45,378 nucleotides of DNA from a virus (lineage: Duplodnaviria > Heunggongvirae > Uroviricota > Caudoviricetes), in the IMG/VR virus record IMGVR_UViG_2563366799_000010, positions 1 through 45,378 of that record. One strand, written 5' to 3'. The notes below the pieces were generated by a model. The model made no database searches and was not told where the DNA came from. It saw only the letters and a list, made by a program, of their open reading frames with translations. Numbering within the stretch: position 1 is the first letter of the stretch; every line of letters starts with the position of its first letter. A program made the position numbers and the translations under genes. This document shows positions 9,738 through 19,827 of this stretch, one piece after another.

Positions 9738-10324
9738 TAGCCGAGCCCCAGTAATGACGCCGCGTTACCCGTGATGCTTTTCAGCAGCGAGGTATTTGGC
9801 GGCTTAGTGGTTTTGTTGCCGGTATTCAGTACCGCCGACGTGCTGGCCCCGTCCTTCATGTTGGTTTTATCCGCGACGGTGATCTGCTGCGTCTGCGAGA
9901 TAAGAACCTCCCTCAGGGTGAGGACGGCGGACAGGACGTTTTCGGTTGTCTTGTCTGTCGTCACTTCCAGCGCGCGGATCAGCATGTTGCTGTACAGCCG
10001 TTTGCCGGTCACCACATCGAAAGGAATACGGCTCGCCTGCAGGTCGAGTATCTCCTGATACGTCTGCTGGGGACTCAGCCCGAGCAGGCTGGTGGCCGTC
10101 AGGTTACTGGCAAAATCCAGCAGCGATCCGCCACCAGCGAAACCGACCTCCATCACCACTTCAGACGGTTTTTTGTAGGCATGATCAGCAATAGCGGCCC
10201 CGACCTCGACAGGGTGCTCTGTTATCTCCAGCGTGTCGGTATGCTTCTCAGAAACAACCACGCTGGGGACAATCATCCCTATTTTCCGGCTCTGCTGCTG
10301 AAAGAGCGTAGAGAGAATATCCAT
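9737..10324 (-). CDS. Tail protein (XkdP-like position, downstream of tape measure)
   Basis: 195-aa ORF overlapping the tape measure stop. Confidence 0.4.
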   Translation of the reverse strand: MDILSTLFQQQSRKIGMIVPSVVVSEKHTDTLEITEHPVEVGAAIADHAYKKPSEVVMEVGFAGGGSLLDFASNLTATSLLGLSPQQTYQEILDLQASRIPFDVVTGKRLYSNMLIRALEVTTDKTTENVLSAVLTLREVLISQTQQITVADKTNMKDGASTSAVLNTGNKTTKPPNTSLLKSITGNAASLLGLG

Positions 10325-12303
10325 TAGCCCACCTTCGTTTGATTACCGCGCATGACCTGGGCGTTTGCCGACTGCTGCCGACGCTCGACCTCGGTACCGA
10401 CAGAACGCGGATCACCCCCACCGTAAATGTGGTAGGTGTTTTGCTGGTTCACGTTTGCCCCGCCAATTCCCGCGACGGCAGCCTTCCCGATTAACTCCTT
10501 CGAATAGATGTTTCGCCCATTCTCATGGTGAATAATGCTACTCATTAATGCTGACATCGTTTGTGGGTCGTTAATATTTAAAGCGGCCTGCGGATTTACT
10601 CCCAGACGTTGGGAAACCGCCTGTATATAGGCTGCTGTGTTGTTATTGTCGGAAGCGGGTGCCCAGGTGGAGATAATTTTCTCCACGCTGTTTATCCCTC
10701 TCCCGGCATACAGCACGAGCTGGCGCGAAAGAGCGCGCAAACCATCAAAGGCGGTTTCGAATCGGGCAAACCTGCCGCCGGGGCGCTCAAGCTCAGCACC
10801 CGCCTGACCAGCAAAATTAAGGTTTCCGGGGTTATTGTTCCGCTCACCTCGCTTTGCAGCCTGCGCATGCTGCTCTGGTTCATCCTCTCCAATGCTCCTT
10901 ATGGTCTGTCCTACACTGCGCGGATCCCAACCGGTTTTATCCTTTATCCATTCCGCCACACTGTTAGCGCTGTCTGTTACCATCGGCATCGCTGACGGGT
11001 TTTCGCTGCCCTGATTAAGCATCTGTTTGCCGATGCTGGCGGCATCAGCCCAGCGGCCATCTTTAATGGCGTTGAGCAGGTCGGCGATCATGTTCAGCAT
11101 TTTGCTGAACTCGCCCATCTGGTCGATAAAGTTGCTGAAATCCCACTTCAGGGACCATGATTTGGGGTCAATATTGAGCAGTTTCGCCAGCGCTTTCGCC
11201 AGTTCGTTAACGGTCGTTTTAAGGTCACGAACCATCTTCAGCGCGGCGTCGACTTCCGGCTTCCACTTGCCCCAGTCAATCAGGCTGTCCCCGCCTTCCT
11301 TCCAGGTCTGATAGTCCTCCCACAGAAGGGCAATCCCCGCCGCCAGCGCGGTAATGAGGCCAATCGGCGACATCCAGAACGTACTGTTCAGAATGCGCAG
11401 CGCAATCGTCAGCGCGCCGAACAACGAGATCAGCTCCCGCGTTTGCTTATCCAGCGATTGCCACCAGTTGATAAGGCTGGATGTCCCCTCAATAAGCCGG
11501 AAGAATAGCCGCCCGATAATGTCCCCGAGCGCCAGAATGCCTTTTATGGCTTTCGTCAGGGTCTGCTCGATGCGCGGGAAGTTATCCAGAATGTGGCGGC
11601 GCAGCGTGTCCAGCGAACCCGCCAGACCACCAGCAAGATTAGAGCCGATTTTGTCACGGGCCATGCCTGCCATCGCGCCGAACTCACGCAGGGAGGTCAT
11701 GAACTTATTGGAGCTTCTGGCCGCCTCGTCAGCATTGAAGCCGATAGCTTTCGCCATTGCGCTGTACTGCCCGGAGAAACCGCCCACCCCCCGGCGCATC
11801 GCCATGAGGGTATTTTCGTCAATGCCCAGCATCTGCGCATACTGGTTAGCCCGGTAATACGGCATGCTGCTGAGCTTCTGACCGACACCCGTAAAGATAG
11901 CGGCCATGTCGCGCATGTTGCCGCTGGCGTCACGGGTCTGTACGCCCAGGCGATTCAGGAAGCCTTCCGCGCCGGGATTGTTACGAACAAACCGGGAGAG
12001 GCTTTCCAGAGAGGTTCGCGCCGCGTCAACGCTGCCGCCCACCTGCGAAACCGCATAGCCAATAGACTGAATCCCCTGAACCGTCGCGCCGGTGCGCTGT
12101 GACGCCCAGTAGAGATTATCCAGCCCCGAGGCGATCTTAGCCGTGAAGGCCACCACGGTAAGCGCGGCACCTTCGACGGCCAGCCCCATTTTGATGGCGT
12201 TTGCGGTCGTACCGGCGAGAACAGAGTCGAGCTTTGACGCGCCTGCTTCATCGATATCAAAACCGAGCGAGACGAGGAAATCTTTAATAGTCTCAGCGTT
12301 CAT
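10324..12303 (-). CDS. Tail tape measure protein
   Basis: About 660 aa, Ala/Gly-rich with helical repeats; ATG at 12303 preceded by a GAGAGG RBS (ORF track extends to 12363). Confidence 0.75.
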   Translation of the reverse strand: MNAETIKDFLVSLGFDIDEAGASKLDSVLAGTTANAIKMGLAVEGAALTVVAFTAKIASGLDNLYWASQRTGATVQGIQSIGYAVSQVGGSVDAARTSLESLSRFVRNNPGAEGFLNRLGVQTRDASGNMRDMAAIFTGVGQKLSSMPYYRANQYAQMLGIDENTLMAMRRGVGGFSGQYSAMAKAIGFNADEAARSSNKFMTSLREFGAMAGMARDKIGSNLAGGLAGSLDTLRRHILDNFPRIEQTLTKAIKGILALGDIIGRLFFRLIEGTSSLINWWQSLDKQTRELISLFGALTIALRILNSTFWMSPIGLITALAAGIALLWEDYQTWKEGGDSLIDWGKWKPEVDAALKMVRDLKTTVNELAKALAKLLNIDPKSWSLKWDFSNFIDQMGEFSKMLNMIADLLNAIKDGRWADAASIGKQMLNQGSENPSAMPMVTDSANSVAEWIKDKTGWDPRSVGQTIRSIGEDEPEQHAQAAKRGERNNNPGNLNFAGQAGAELERPGGRFARFETAFDGLRALSRQLVLYAGRGINSVEKIISTWAPASDNNNTAAYIQAVSQRLGVNPQAALNINDPQTMSALMSSIIHHENGRNIYSKELIGKAAVAGIGGANVNQQNTYHIYGGGDPRSVGTEVERRQQSANAQVMRGNQTKVG

Positions 12304-12532
12304 TATCCTCTCTCCATTTCTCAATGCGCCGCTGGTTGTCTGCCTTAACGGCCAGGTGGTCATTCATCAGCGCGATATCGCACAGATCGACAGATCCATC
12401 CTTCAGCGCGTAATAAGGGATTAACCCGGCGTCAACCGGGTCAAGGAGATAAGACAGCCCGTCAGGCAGGCTGTTGAGGGTTAACCCTGAGGCTGGCCCG
12501 GCGTCGCGCTGGTAGGGCTCACGGGCAAAAAA
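12293..12532 (-). other. Programmed -1 frameshift region: slippery heptamer T_TTT_TTG (12532..12526) plus open -1 frame extending the chaperone to a TGA at about 12293
   Basis: Read directly: the -1 frame from the slippery site is stop-free for about 78 codons and ends just after the tape measure ATG; matches the conserved tail chaperone frameshift arrangement. Confidence 0.5.
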
Positions 12533-12933
12533 TTTCCCAGTGAATCGGCGACCACCCGCGCCACCAGCTGCAGCATGGTCAGCAGATCGATATCATCGAA
12601 CATCAGCTGACCGCTGTTGAATACCGGCGTCCATCCGTCCATGTGTTTGCGTGATACAACGGCCAGGCACGGATGAATAATCGCGTTGGTGTCTTCTTCG
12701 GTCAGGGAAGACAGTTCCTCAGCTATACGCGGGAGCAGGGTTTCAAACACCGGTTTCAGCTGATCGAATTTCACGGTGTCGATTTTGCCATCAGCAGGCA
12801 GCAGGGAGCGAATGCTCCCGAAATCTGACATCATGCCCGCCAGCACCGGCAGCAGTTTGCGGGTCACTTTCAGCTGGTCAAAAACGCTGAGTTTTGCCAC
12901 GCGGTAATCGTGGCCTTTGATTGAGCATTCCAT
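12481..12933 (-). CDS. Tail assembly chaperone (G-like)
   Basis: 150-aa ORF between tube and tape measure genes; slippery site near its 3' end. Confidence 0.55.
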   Translation of the reverse strand: MECSIKGHDYRVAKLSVFDQLKVTRKLLPVLAGMMSDFGSIRSLLPADGKIDTVKFDQLKPVFETLLPRIAEELSSLTEEDTNAIIHPCLAVVSRKHMDGWTPVFNSGQLMFDDIDLLTMLQLVARVVADSLGNFLPVSPTSATPGQPQG

Positions 12934-12936
12934 CTG

Positions 12937-13377
12937 TTAAAACTCTCCGAGAACCTGGTCGATTTTGCCGCAGTCAAACACCCAGGGCATCGTATTACCG
13001 GCTTTAGCGTTGGCGTTATCCGGCTGTTTCTGGAAAGCCACGCTGCGCGCCGTGATAATGTCTCCGCTCACCTTGTTTCGGATCACAATGACGTTGTTTC
13101 CCCAGGTGCCTGAGGACTGACTCTGCGCGTTGTACGCCAGCGACAGCTTTTTGTTTGTCGGCGAGGTCTTCAGCAGGTTGACGGTTACCGTGCCGCTTTT
13201 ATCAGCGTGCAGGCTGTGCATCACTTCGCCGTCAGCGCCGATGGTCATGGTATTTTTGGGTCCGCCCATTGCAACGGTGATCCCCTCCTCTGAACTGGCG
13301 GAACCGTAGCCCAGAACAATCTCGCCGGTCGGGCCGGAGAGGGACGCCGTGACGTCCATAAAAGAATAAGTAGCCAT
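12937..13377 (-). CDS. Tail tube protein
   Basis: 146-aa ORF immediately downstream of the sheath gene. Confidence 0.6.
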   Translation of the reverse strand: MATYSFMDVTASLSGPTGEIVLGYGSASSEEGITVAMGGPKNTMTIGADGEVMHSLHADKSGTVTVNLLKTSPTNKKLSLAYNAQSQSSGTWGNNVIVIRNKVSGDIITARSVAFQKQPDNANAKAGNTMPWVFDCGKIDQVLGEF

Positions 13378-13388
13378 TCATGTTCTCC

Positions 13389-14534
13389 TTAGCGAACGAC
13401 GTTGATCTGCACATCAGCGAAATGAACCGCACCAGCCAGCTTACAGGCCACCTGAATAACCGGTGCCTTACGTGCTTCACGGTCTGCCTGCGCCTGCTCG
13501 GAAATCGGCTGCGCGTAGACGTAATAGCCTTTTGTCAGCGTGTCGCCGGAATCCAGCTGCCCAATCGGGCCACCGTTCCATACGCCAGCAGCCACCAGCC
13601 CGTTCGTGACTGACTGATCCATCGACTGCTCAACATTGGAAAGCAGACGCGTAACGCCAGCATCGGTCTGCGGGACTTTGGTTGTGCTGGTGTAGAGCAG
13701 GTTGTACAGGTTGGTCTGAACGTAGTTCTGCAGCCAGTCGAGCCCGTGGCGTTCGTCGAAGAAATCACCGCTGGACATGACGCCCTGCTGTAGAATGGCC
13801 GTATCGTTCTGGTAGTACACAAATACGTTGCAGTTTTTGGCATCCAGCGCCGCCGCCTGATTGGTGGTCAGGGTTTCATAGGTGATCCCCGGCTCCTGCT
13901 TGAATTTCAGAGTAATGGTGGTGTTGCTGCCGTTGAAATTCACTGTGAACGCGCGACCAAATGCAGACAGTGCGGCGTACTTGCTGCTGGTGGAATACTG
14001 CACAAACGTGCGAGCGTATTTTGCCGCCTTCAGCTTATAAGCCAGGTCGGTAGTGGAGGTCGCGTTTACCGTCTCAGGCTCTGCAGTGGTAATCGCCAGA
14101 ATTCGGCTGAGACTGGAGGCCTCGATCGCAGCGGCCACGCTCAGCCAGTCGGCATCGTCGATATCTTCATCGTCAGCCACGGCCAGACCGTACCAGTTCG
14201 TGTAATTCAGAACGGCGTTCACCGCCTGCAGTAACGTTTCCGTCGAACCGCTTTCAGCCGATACCAGCGTTTTAGCCCAGCGACCGACATACACCTGCTG
14301 CGGTTTCGGTGATTGCGAGAAATACACCGTAGCGGCTTCATATTCCGGGCTATCCACGCCGAAATCTGTGCCGATATCTTCCGGGGATGAGTAGAGGCGA
14401 ATGCGCTCAGAAACCGGGATAACCGTTGAGCTCCCGAGAATGAGCAGCGAACCAAAGTTTCGACCAGTAGCCGCACGCGGCCCAATGATCACGTCGACAT
14501 TCACGACGTTTGAGACAGGTAATCCCTGCGGCAT
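13389..14534 (-). CDS. Contractile tail sheath protein
   Basis: 381-aa ORF upstream of the tube gene; size and sequence character of XkdK-type sheath proteins. Confidence 0.65.
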   Translation of the reverse strand: MPQGLPVSNVVNVDVIIGPRAATGRNFGSLLILGSSTVIPVSERIRLYSSPEDIGTDFGVDSPEYEAATVYFSQSPKPQQVYVGRWAKTLVSAESGSTETLLQAVNAVLNYTNWYGLAVADDEDIDDADWLSVAAAIEASSLSRILAITTAEPETVNATSTTDLAYKLKAAKYARTFVQYSTSSKYAALSAFGRAFTVNFNGSNTTITLKFKQEPGITYETLTTNQAAALDAKNCNVFVYYQNDTAILQQGVMSSGDFFDERHGLDWLQNYVQTNLYNLLYTSTTKVPQTDAGVTRLLSNVEQSMDQSVTNGLVAAGVWNGGPIGQLDSGDTLTKGYYVYAQPISEQAQADREARKAPVIQVACKLAGAVHFADVQINVVR

Positions 14535-14537
14535 AAT

Positions 14538-15116
14538 TTAGTCTCCGAAAAATGAGACGGGCGCATCTTGCAGCGTCCGGACGTTGTAGGTACGAATGTT
14601 TTTGCGGGACAGCGTGATGGTGAGGTCGTAGCGCCTCACCCACTGGTTATTAATGAGCTCTGGCAGGTTGTAGATAGTCCCGGCCTCCACCAGCGAAAGC
14701 CCCGAGCGATTCAGCTCAGCGTTGTTTTGCTCGACGAATATTCCCGCGCGGAAAGTTGATGCAGTGTTGGCCCCCAGAGGGCCATAGAAGCAGCAAATCA
14801 CCGTTACCTGTTCCCATGTCCATTGCTCGGACTGTTCTTCCGAAACCTGAACATCGGACTGGCTTAACGGCTGAGGAACGGTAGTGATACCGAAGGCGCA
14901 CCACGTTACCCCGTTGTTGGGGATCTGCGGCTGCGGGTCAGTCCATCGGGGGAAAACAAGAGCGGCCGGCAAGCCAGAAACACCACGAATCCACCGGCTG
15001 ATTTCACGCTCCAGCGCCTCGTCATACTGGGGTCTATCCCCGACAGGCGTCAGATAACCGCGCGCGGTGCTGTCGTTACTCAACTGGCGTCCCTCCGTTA
15101 AAATCCACCAGCTCAC
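14538..15116 (-). CDS. Neck / tail completion protein (putative)
   Basis: 192-aa ORF between head-tail joining genes and the sheath. Confidence 0.35.
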   Translation of the reverse strand: MSWWILTEGRQLSNDSTARGYLTPVGDRPQYDEALEREISRWIRGVSGLPAALVFPRWTDPQPQIPNNGVTWCAFGITTVPQPLSQSDVQVSEEQSEQWTWEQVTVICCFYGPLGANTASTFRAGIFVEQNNAELNRSGLSLVEAGTIYNLPELINNQWVRRYDLTITLSRKNIRTYNVRTLQDAPVSFFGD

Positions 15117-15480
15117 AATGTGCCTGGACGAATCCGGCGCCGTAACTGGTGTACGGATCGACGAACGTCACGCGATAGTCGCGTCCGTTATAGGTCACAA
15201 TATCGGCATCAAGTCGCGGGGCGCTGTCTGTACCGGGCTGGCCCTGGGTTAACCTGAACTGCGTCACGATGAGGATCGCCCCGCTGATGTTCTGGCCAGC
15301 TTCCATTCGCCTGGCTTCCAGAGAACGGTCAACCGTCACCACGCCAGAGAATGGGATATCCTGAGCTGTGTTTTTCGTGAAATTGTCCTCATCTACCGTC
15401 TGAACCTGCCGGTGACAAACCAGACTGGTGTCCATGAAGTCGGGATCAAGAAGAACATCGCTCACATCGAGAAGAGGCAT
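15076..15480 (-). CDS. Head-tail joining protein (putative)
   Basis: 134-aa ORF in the head-tail connector block. Confidence 0.35.
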   Translation of the reverse strand: MPLLDVSDVLLDPDFMDTSLVCHRQVQTVDEDNFTKNTAQDIPFSGVVTVDRSLEARRMEAGQNISGAILIVTQFRLTQGQPGTDSAPRLDADIVTYNGRDYRVTFVDPYTSYGAGFVQAHCELVDFNGGTPVE

Positions 15481-15986
15481 TATTTTTTCCTCACGACGTA
15501 GTTAATTGAGCGCAGCAGGTAACCGTGGGCATACAGCGGCTTTTCGCCGGGAATGCCCTCGGCCCTTCTGCGTTCGAGGGTTTTCTCAGAAAGCGGGTGC
15601 AACCGGTCACCAGCACCGATAACGGCTTTTGCAGCGTCACGGGCAATCTGTCCGGCGCTCTCCAGCTCACGCACAGCTGCTTCAGTCTGCCCCTCCAGCG
15701 CGGCGGTTGCCGCTGCCTTGAGGTGTGCAGTGGTTCGGGGTTTTGAATCCTCGATCCCCATATCCAGAAAAGGACGCGGGGGAAGCGTAACTGTCGCACC
15801 GTCGATTTCCACCGTTGCGCCCGTCGAATGGAGGTAGCCCAGTTCCGCGTTATTAATCGGAGAGCCATCCTCACGCCCTGCCTTGTCCTCAGGTATTCCC
15901 ACCAGCACATCCATTCCGGACAGCTGCCGGAGGGATTCCAGAACAGCCACGGCGTTATCAGCACGAACCGTTAACCCGCTTTTCAT
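15480..15986 (-). CDS. Head-tail adaptor / virion morphogenesis protein (putative)
   Basis: ORF in the connector block; start chosen at internal ATG to avoid a long overlap. Confidence 0.35.
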   Translation of the reverse strand: MKSGLTVRADNAVAVLESLRQLSGMDVLVGIPEDKAGREDGSPINNAELGYLHSTGATVEIDGATVTLPPRPFLDMGIEDSKPRTTAHLKAAATAALEGQTEAAVRELESAGQIARDAAKAVIGAGDRLHPLSEKTLERRRAEGIPGEKPLYAHGYLLRSINYVVRKK

Positions 15987-16393
15987 AGCAGCTGCCTGCC
16001 ACCAGCACCGAACATCGACCACCACCAGTAGAACTCGCGACCGTAGGCGGTGCTGTTCCAGAAACCGGCATCCGGATTGATTACCCCGGACACGTCATAG
16101 CTCACTGAAACCTTATCTACGGACTTAGAGGACACGACACCTGCTGCGCCGTTGCTGTTCACACCGCCAGCGGCAGCGGCGGCCAGCGTGCGGCCGCGCA
16201 GCTCCGTATAGTGAGCCGTGAATAGTTCAGCAAGGTAGACGAACTGATCGCCCTGTACGTCCTGATTCAGGAGTGAATCGGCCTGCCCCAGATAGAAATT
16301 CACTGAGGGGTCAGGGTAGCGGATTTTATCGGCGAACTCGGGAAAGTCGGTGCGGAACTGCTCGTTAGTCGGAAGCCTGCTGTTTTTTGGCAT
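15983..16393 (-). CDS. Head-tail connector protein (DUF4054-like)
   Basis: 136-aa ORF directly downstream of the capsid block. Confidence 0.35.
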   Translation of the reverse strand: MPKNSRLPTNEQFRTDFPEFADKIRYPDPSVNFYLGQADSLLNQDVQGDQFVYLAELFTAHYTELRGRTLAAAAAGGVNSNGAAGVVSSKSVDKVSVSYDVSGVINPDAGFWNSTAYGREFYWWWSMFGAGGRQLL

Positions 16394-16775
16394 TTTTCGC
16401 GTCCCCGCCGGTGTTATCGGTTTTGTCCGTGCTGTCGGCAGGTTTACCGCCTGCTGGTGCCTGAGCAGCTGCCAGCTGCGCTTTCAGGTCTGTGTTTTCA
16501 TTCCCCAGCGAGGTGATGGTTTTTTCATGCTCAGCCAGCTGCGCTTTCAGGGTGTTATTTTCTTCTGCCAGGAGAACAAGGCTCGCGGAAAGGTCTTCAT
16601 TGCTCTGCTCGTTCGCCAGGTCGGCTTCGTCAATCGGGCGCGCATAGGCTTTAAAGGCCCAGTGGTCCTTAACTTCTTTCGGGAAAGAGGAACTGTCGTG
16701 GATGCCCGGAGACAGCTCAAATTTAGAACCGTCGGAAAAGCTGAGAGTCGCGCCACCGGAAACAACGTATTTCAT
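16365..16775 (-). CDS. Phage structural protein with coiled-coil C-terminus (putative)
   Basis: 136-aa ORF downstream of the major capsid gene. Confidence 0.35.
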   Translation of the reverse strand: MKYVVSGGATLSFSDGSKFELSPGIHDSSSFPKEVKDHWAFKAYARPIDEADLANEQSNEDLSASLVLLAEENNTLKAQLAEHEKTITSLGNENTDLKAQLAAAQAPAGGKPADSTDKTDNTGGDAKNAKKQQASD

Positions 16776-16820
16776 GTTTTTGCTCCATAAAAAAAGGCGG
16801 GTTTCCCCGCCTGTTTCAGG

Positions 16821-17768
16821 TTAAGACGCCGGAACGTCCAGGTAAGAGATCGTATTGGAATACGGGGTTTCCACCTGGCCCAGCTTGCCGTAGTAAGTGG
16901 TCAACTGCTGCAGGCCGCGATATTCCAGCGGAGTGTTCAGCAGAGGAACCATCGGGAAGCGAACATATTTTTCGTCCTGGGTGTAAGCAACGATACGATG
17001 CGCGCCACCAGCGCCACGCTTGGAGGCCCACTTCATGGAGACGATCTCCAGTGGTGTGCCATTTTCCTGGAACGCGATGGTGTTAATCTTCACGTATTCC
17101 AGCACAGAGATATTCCCTGCAGAGGAAACCTTTTTGCTCGCCAGCAGGCCGAACAGCTCCGGCGCCAGACCGATTTTCGCCGGGCAGACCGCATAACCAG
17201 AACGAACCCAGCCATCAGACAGTACCAGGTTGATATCCTGAACAATCACATCCGGATCGGTGGTTGCGGTCCACGCTGCGGCGGCAGCAACAGGAGTAAC
17301 ATCCGGCAGGTTCAGTAGGCCAGCAACGCCGAGCTCGTTATCACCGATATAAACCTGTTCGTCGGTGTCCATGTTCCACTTCAGCTTCATGCCTTCGTAT
17401 TTCTGGACATCAACAGGACGGCCCAGTTTCTGGGCAGAAGCCAGTTCCGGCACCGTCCAGCTGATTTCCTGCCCCCACAAGGTGAGGTTGTTACGGGTAG
17501 GCTGAATATCGAGCTCGATACCAGGAATGGCAGTGGCTTTTTTACCGATCCAGTTTTTACCGTTAGGGTTTGGACCACCAACGCCGACGAAATCGGTATT
17601 AGTGAAGGATGACACTTCATCAGCGATAGAAATGTCACTGCGCAGCGGCATGTCACGTGACCATTTGTAGGACACTAAAGGCATGTTCAGCGTCTGATCC
17701 ATGCGCTCCAGTTCGCCGACGAGAAACGCGCCGGTGGAGTCGATGGTCGCTCTGTCAATTGTAAACAT
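16821..17768 (-). CDS. Major capsid protein
   Basis: 315-aa ORF following scaffold and decoration-like genes; strong RBS; typical size and position. Confidence 0.65.
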   Translation of the reverse strand: MFTIDRATIDSTGAFLVGELERMDQTLNMPLVSYKWSRDMPLRSDISIADEVSSFTNTDFVGVGGPNPNGKNWIGKKATAIPGIELDIQPTRNNLTLWGQEISWTVPELASAQKLGRPVDVQKYEGMKLKWNMDTDEQVYIGDNELGVAGLLNLPDVTPVAAAAAWTATTDPDVIVQDINLVLSDGWVRSGYAVCPAKIGLAPELFGLLASKKVSSAGNISVLEYVKINTIAFQENGTPLEIVSMKWASKRGAGGAHRIVAYTQDEKYVRFPMVPLLNTPLEYRGLQQLTTYYGKLGQVETPYSNTISYLDVPAS

Positions 17769-17779
17769 TAATTATTCCC

Positions 17780-18283
17780 TCAGATGTTATAAGCGATTTC
17801 AATACGGCCGTCGGCTTCACCCGGCCCCATGACCTCTGCATTTGGCAGCTGAGGTGTATTTGATGCGGTAGAGTCCGGAGACAGCACAAAGGAGCCAACC
17901 GGGCTTTGAGTGGTGCCACCAGCCACGCGAACGTAAACCGGATCGCCTTTTTTCGCGGTCGCCGCGTTGCCTGCTGTAGCAGTTACGCAGATGTAACCGC
18001 GTTTAAGGTTGTCACCAACCTGATTAGCCGTCACACCGATGTAAGCAAGGTCCAGAGCAGAGGTGATCGGGAACGGACGAACCAGAATCCCTTTCACTTT
18101 GCTGATGGTGTCGCCAGATTCCAGCGGAACGAATTTATCGTTCACGTATTTACCTACCAGCCCGTAGGACGCGAACTGCTTCGTGTGGTCCAGGCTAACC
18201 GGCTCGATGGTGAGATCACGAGGACGGGTAACGCCCCCGGCAATGCCCAGGGGCATGCGCGTTAAATATGCAGTACCTGCCAT
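17780..18283 (-). CDS. Capsid-associated / head decoration-like protein
   Basis: 167-aa ORF between scaffold and major capsid genes. Confidence 0.4.
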   Translation of the reverse strand: MAGTAYLTRMPLGIAGGVTRPRDLTIEPVSLDHTKQFASYGLVGKYVNDKFVPLESGDTISKVKGILVRPFPITSALDLAYIGVTANQVGDNLKRGYICVTATAGNAATAKKGDPVYVRVAGGTTQSPVGSFVLSPDSTASNTPQLPNAEVMGPGEADGRIEIAYNI

Positions 18284-18294
18284 GATGATTTACC

Positions 18295-19566
18295 TTATTT
18301 GTTTTTTGCCCAGAATTCGGCGTTGACCTTGTTCAGTTCTGCCGGGGAAAGGTGTTTAGTGCTGATTCCGCTGTCCGTAGTGCGGGTAATGTTATTCAGC
18401 GGGGTCAGCTGATTTTTCGCCTTATGCAGCGCCACAGCGGCAGTAAACACCGCGTCGACCGTAGCCTTAGGCGCTTTGTAGAAATCATCCACCCCGAATG
18501 ATTTCAGGCTGTCACCGGTGCGCATTGCATGATTCAGAACCTGACGCTTAAGGCTCTTATCGCCAGCAGGCTGGAAGCCAGGGCAGATAATTTCCGCATC
18601 GGCGATCAGGTTGCGCTTAAAGGCTGCGTCACCCGTCACTTTGCGGTTTTCTTCTTCGTCTTCGTCGGTGGTCATGTTGCCAGGGTCAGGATCGCCGTCG
18701 GTGGTTTTACCCTCCAGCTTTTCCAGGCGAACCAGCAGCGCTTTCGCCCAGGCCGGGATTTCTTCATCGCCGGTGCCGGTTTTGTCTTTGTTCGGATCGC
18801 CTTCGTCCGTAGTGGTGCGATTGCCTTCAGGTAAGGCTGTGGCCTGTGAAGGAATGTTGATGGTGATAGAGGAACCGGGGATTGAAGGCATGCCATCAGA
18901 CGGCATATCCGGCGCTTCGTCGATGAGTTTTGCCAGTGCATCCTCATCTTTCGTCTTAATGGCCTGAGCCAGTTTTTTAAGCCATGACATTACAGGCTTC
19001 TCCTTTGTTGTTGATGGGATGGAATCCCCGATTGCACAGCGGCCACCAGCACGCCCCCGGTCGATTCCGACAGCGAGGTGGTTACCTGTGATTTGGTATT
19101 GCTTGCCCTTACCGGGTGCCAGCTGCTTGTACTGCGCGTCATAGCCACAGCTGACATCGGTCAGGCCAGAATTCACCGCGTCGATTGCTTCCTGCCGTTT
19201 AATCAGCACGTCAGCAATGAGCAGATCCGATTTATCGCCGGTGCCGCGCCGGACGTTCTGAATGTGTCCGTGTGCCAGCTCTGCGAAGTTAGAAGGGTTC
19301 ACGAAAACGATGTTGCCCAGACTGTCCTCTGGATGCCCCAGCGTGACGGCTACGCCCTCAAAGCTCGCCATCGTCTCCGGGGAAAACACCTCGTCTTCTG
19401 TTCGCCAGACTGTCACCGTGCCGGTGCCGTCCGGTTCAAGGTCGATTTCCTCAGGTAAATAGACCTGCGTCCCTGTGCGTGCGATCGGCACGTCTTTACA
19501 AAGCAGAGAGCCGTCCGCCTGCAGATAGCGCGTTTCGCCCAGGCGTGTAGTGAAGAAATATTTCAT
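18295..19566 (-). CDS. Prohead scaffold / core protein with acidic, low-complexity centre
   Basis: 423-aa ORF upstream of capsid genes with a D/E/T/G-rich central region. Confidence 0.45.
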   Translation of the reverse strand: MKYFFTTRLGETRYLQADGSLLCKDVPIARTGTQVYLPEEIDLEPDGTGTVTVWRTEDEVFSPETMASFEGVAVTLGHPEDSLGNIVFVNPSNFAELAHGHIQNVRRGTGDKSDLLIADVLIKRQEAIDAVNSGLTDVSCGYDAQYKQLAPGKGKQYQITGNHLAVGIDRGRAGGRCAIGDSIPSTTKEKPVMSWLKKLAQAIKTKDEDALAKLIDEAPDMPSDGMPSIPGSSITINIPSQATALPEGNRTTTDEGDPNKDKTGTGDEEIPAWAKALLVRLEKLEGKTTDGDPDPGNMTTDEDEEENRKVTGDAAFKRNLIADAEIICPGFQPAGDKSLKRQVLNHAMRTGDSLKSFGVDDFYKAPKATVDAVFTAAVALHKAKNQLTPLNNITRTTDSGISTKHLSPAELNKVNAEFWAKNK

Positions 19567-19589
19567 GGGTTACCTGCTCGATTACGGGC

Positions 19590-19616
19590 AACAAAAAGGC
19601 CGCCCGGAGGCGACCT
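19590..19616 (-). terminator. Terminator-like hairpin just upstream of the scaffold gene
   Basis: Minus-strand hairpin AGGUCGCC-UCCG-GGCGGCCU followed by UUUUUGUUG, 26 nt before the scaffold ATG. Confidence 0.4.
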
Positions 19617-19827
19617 TGTGAGATGGGAAAAATGTTCGAAATAACGGGCTATTTAACATAAGGGTTCTTACCCGCACCGACGAAAATGGACTCGATTAAA
19701 ATGTCCCCTTAAAGCCGTAAAAGTAGCGATTAACTGGGCTGAAAATCGGTCTTTTCGAATACAACATTTTCATAACATTTCGCGGGTATTGCAGTTCGCA
19801 TGAAATGAATGCTCAAAGCCGTATTTT

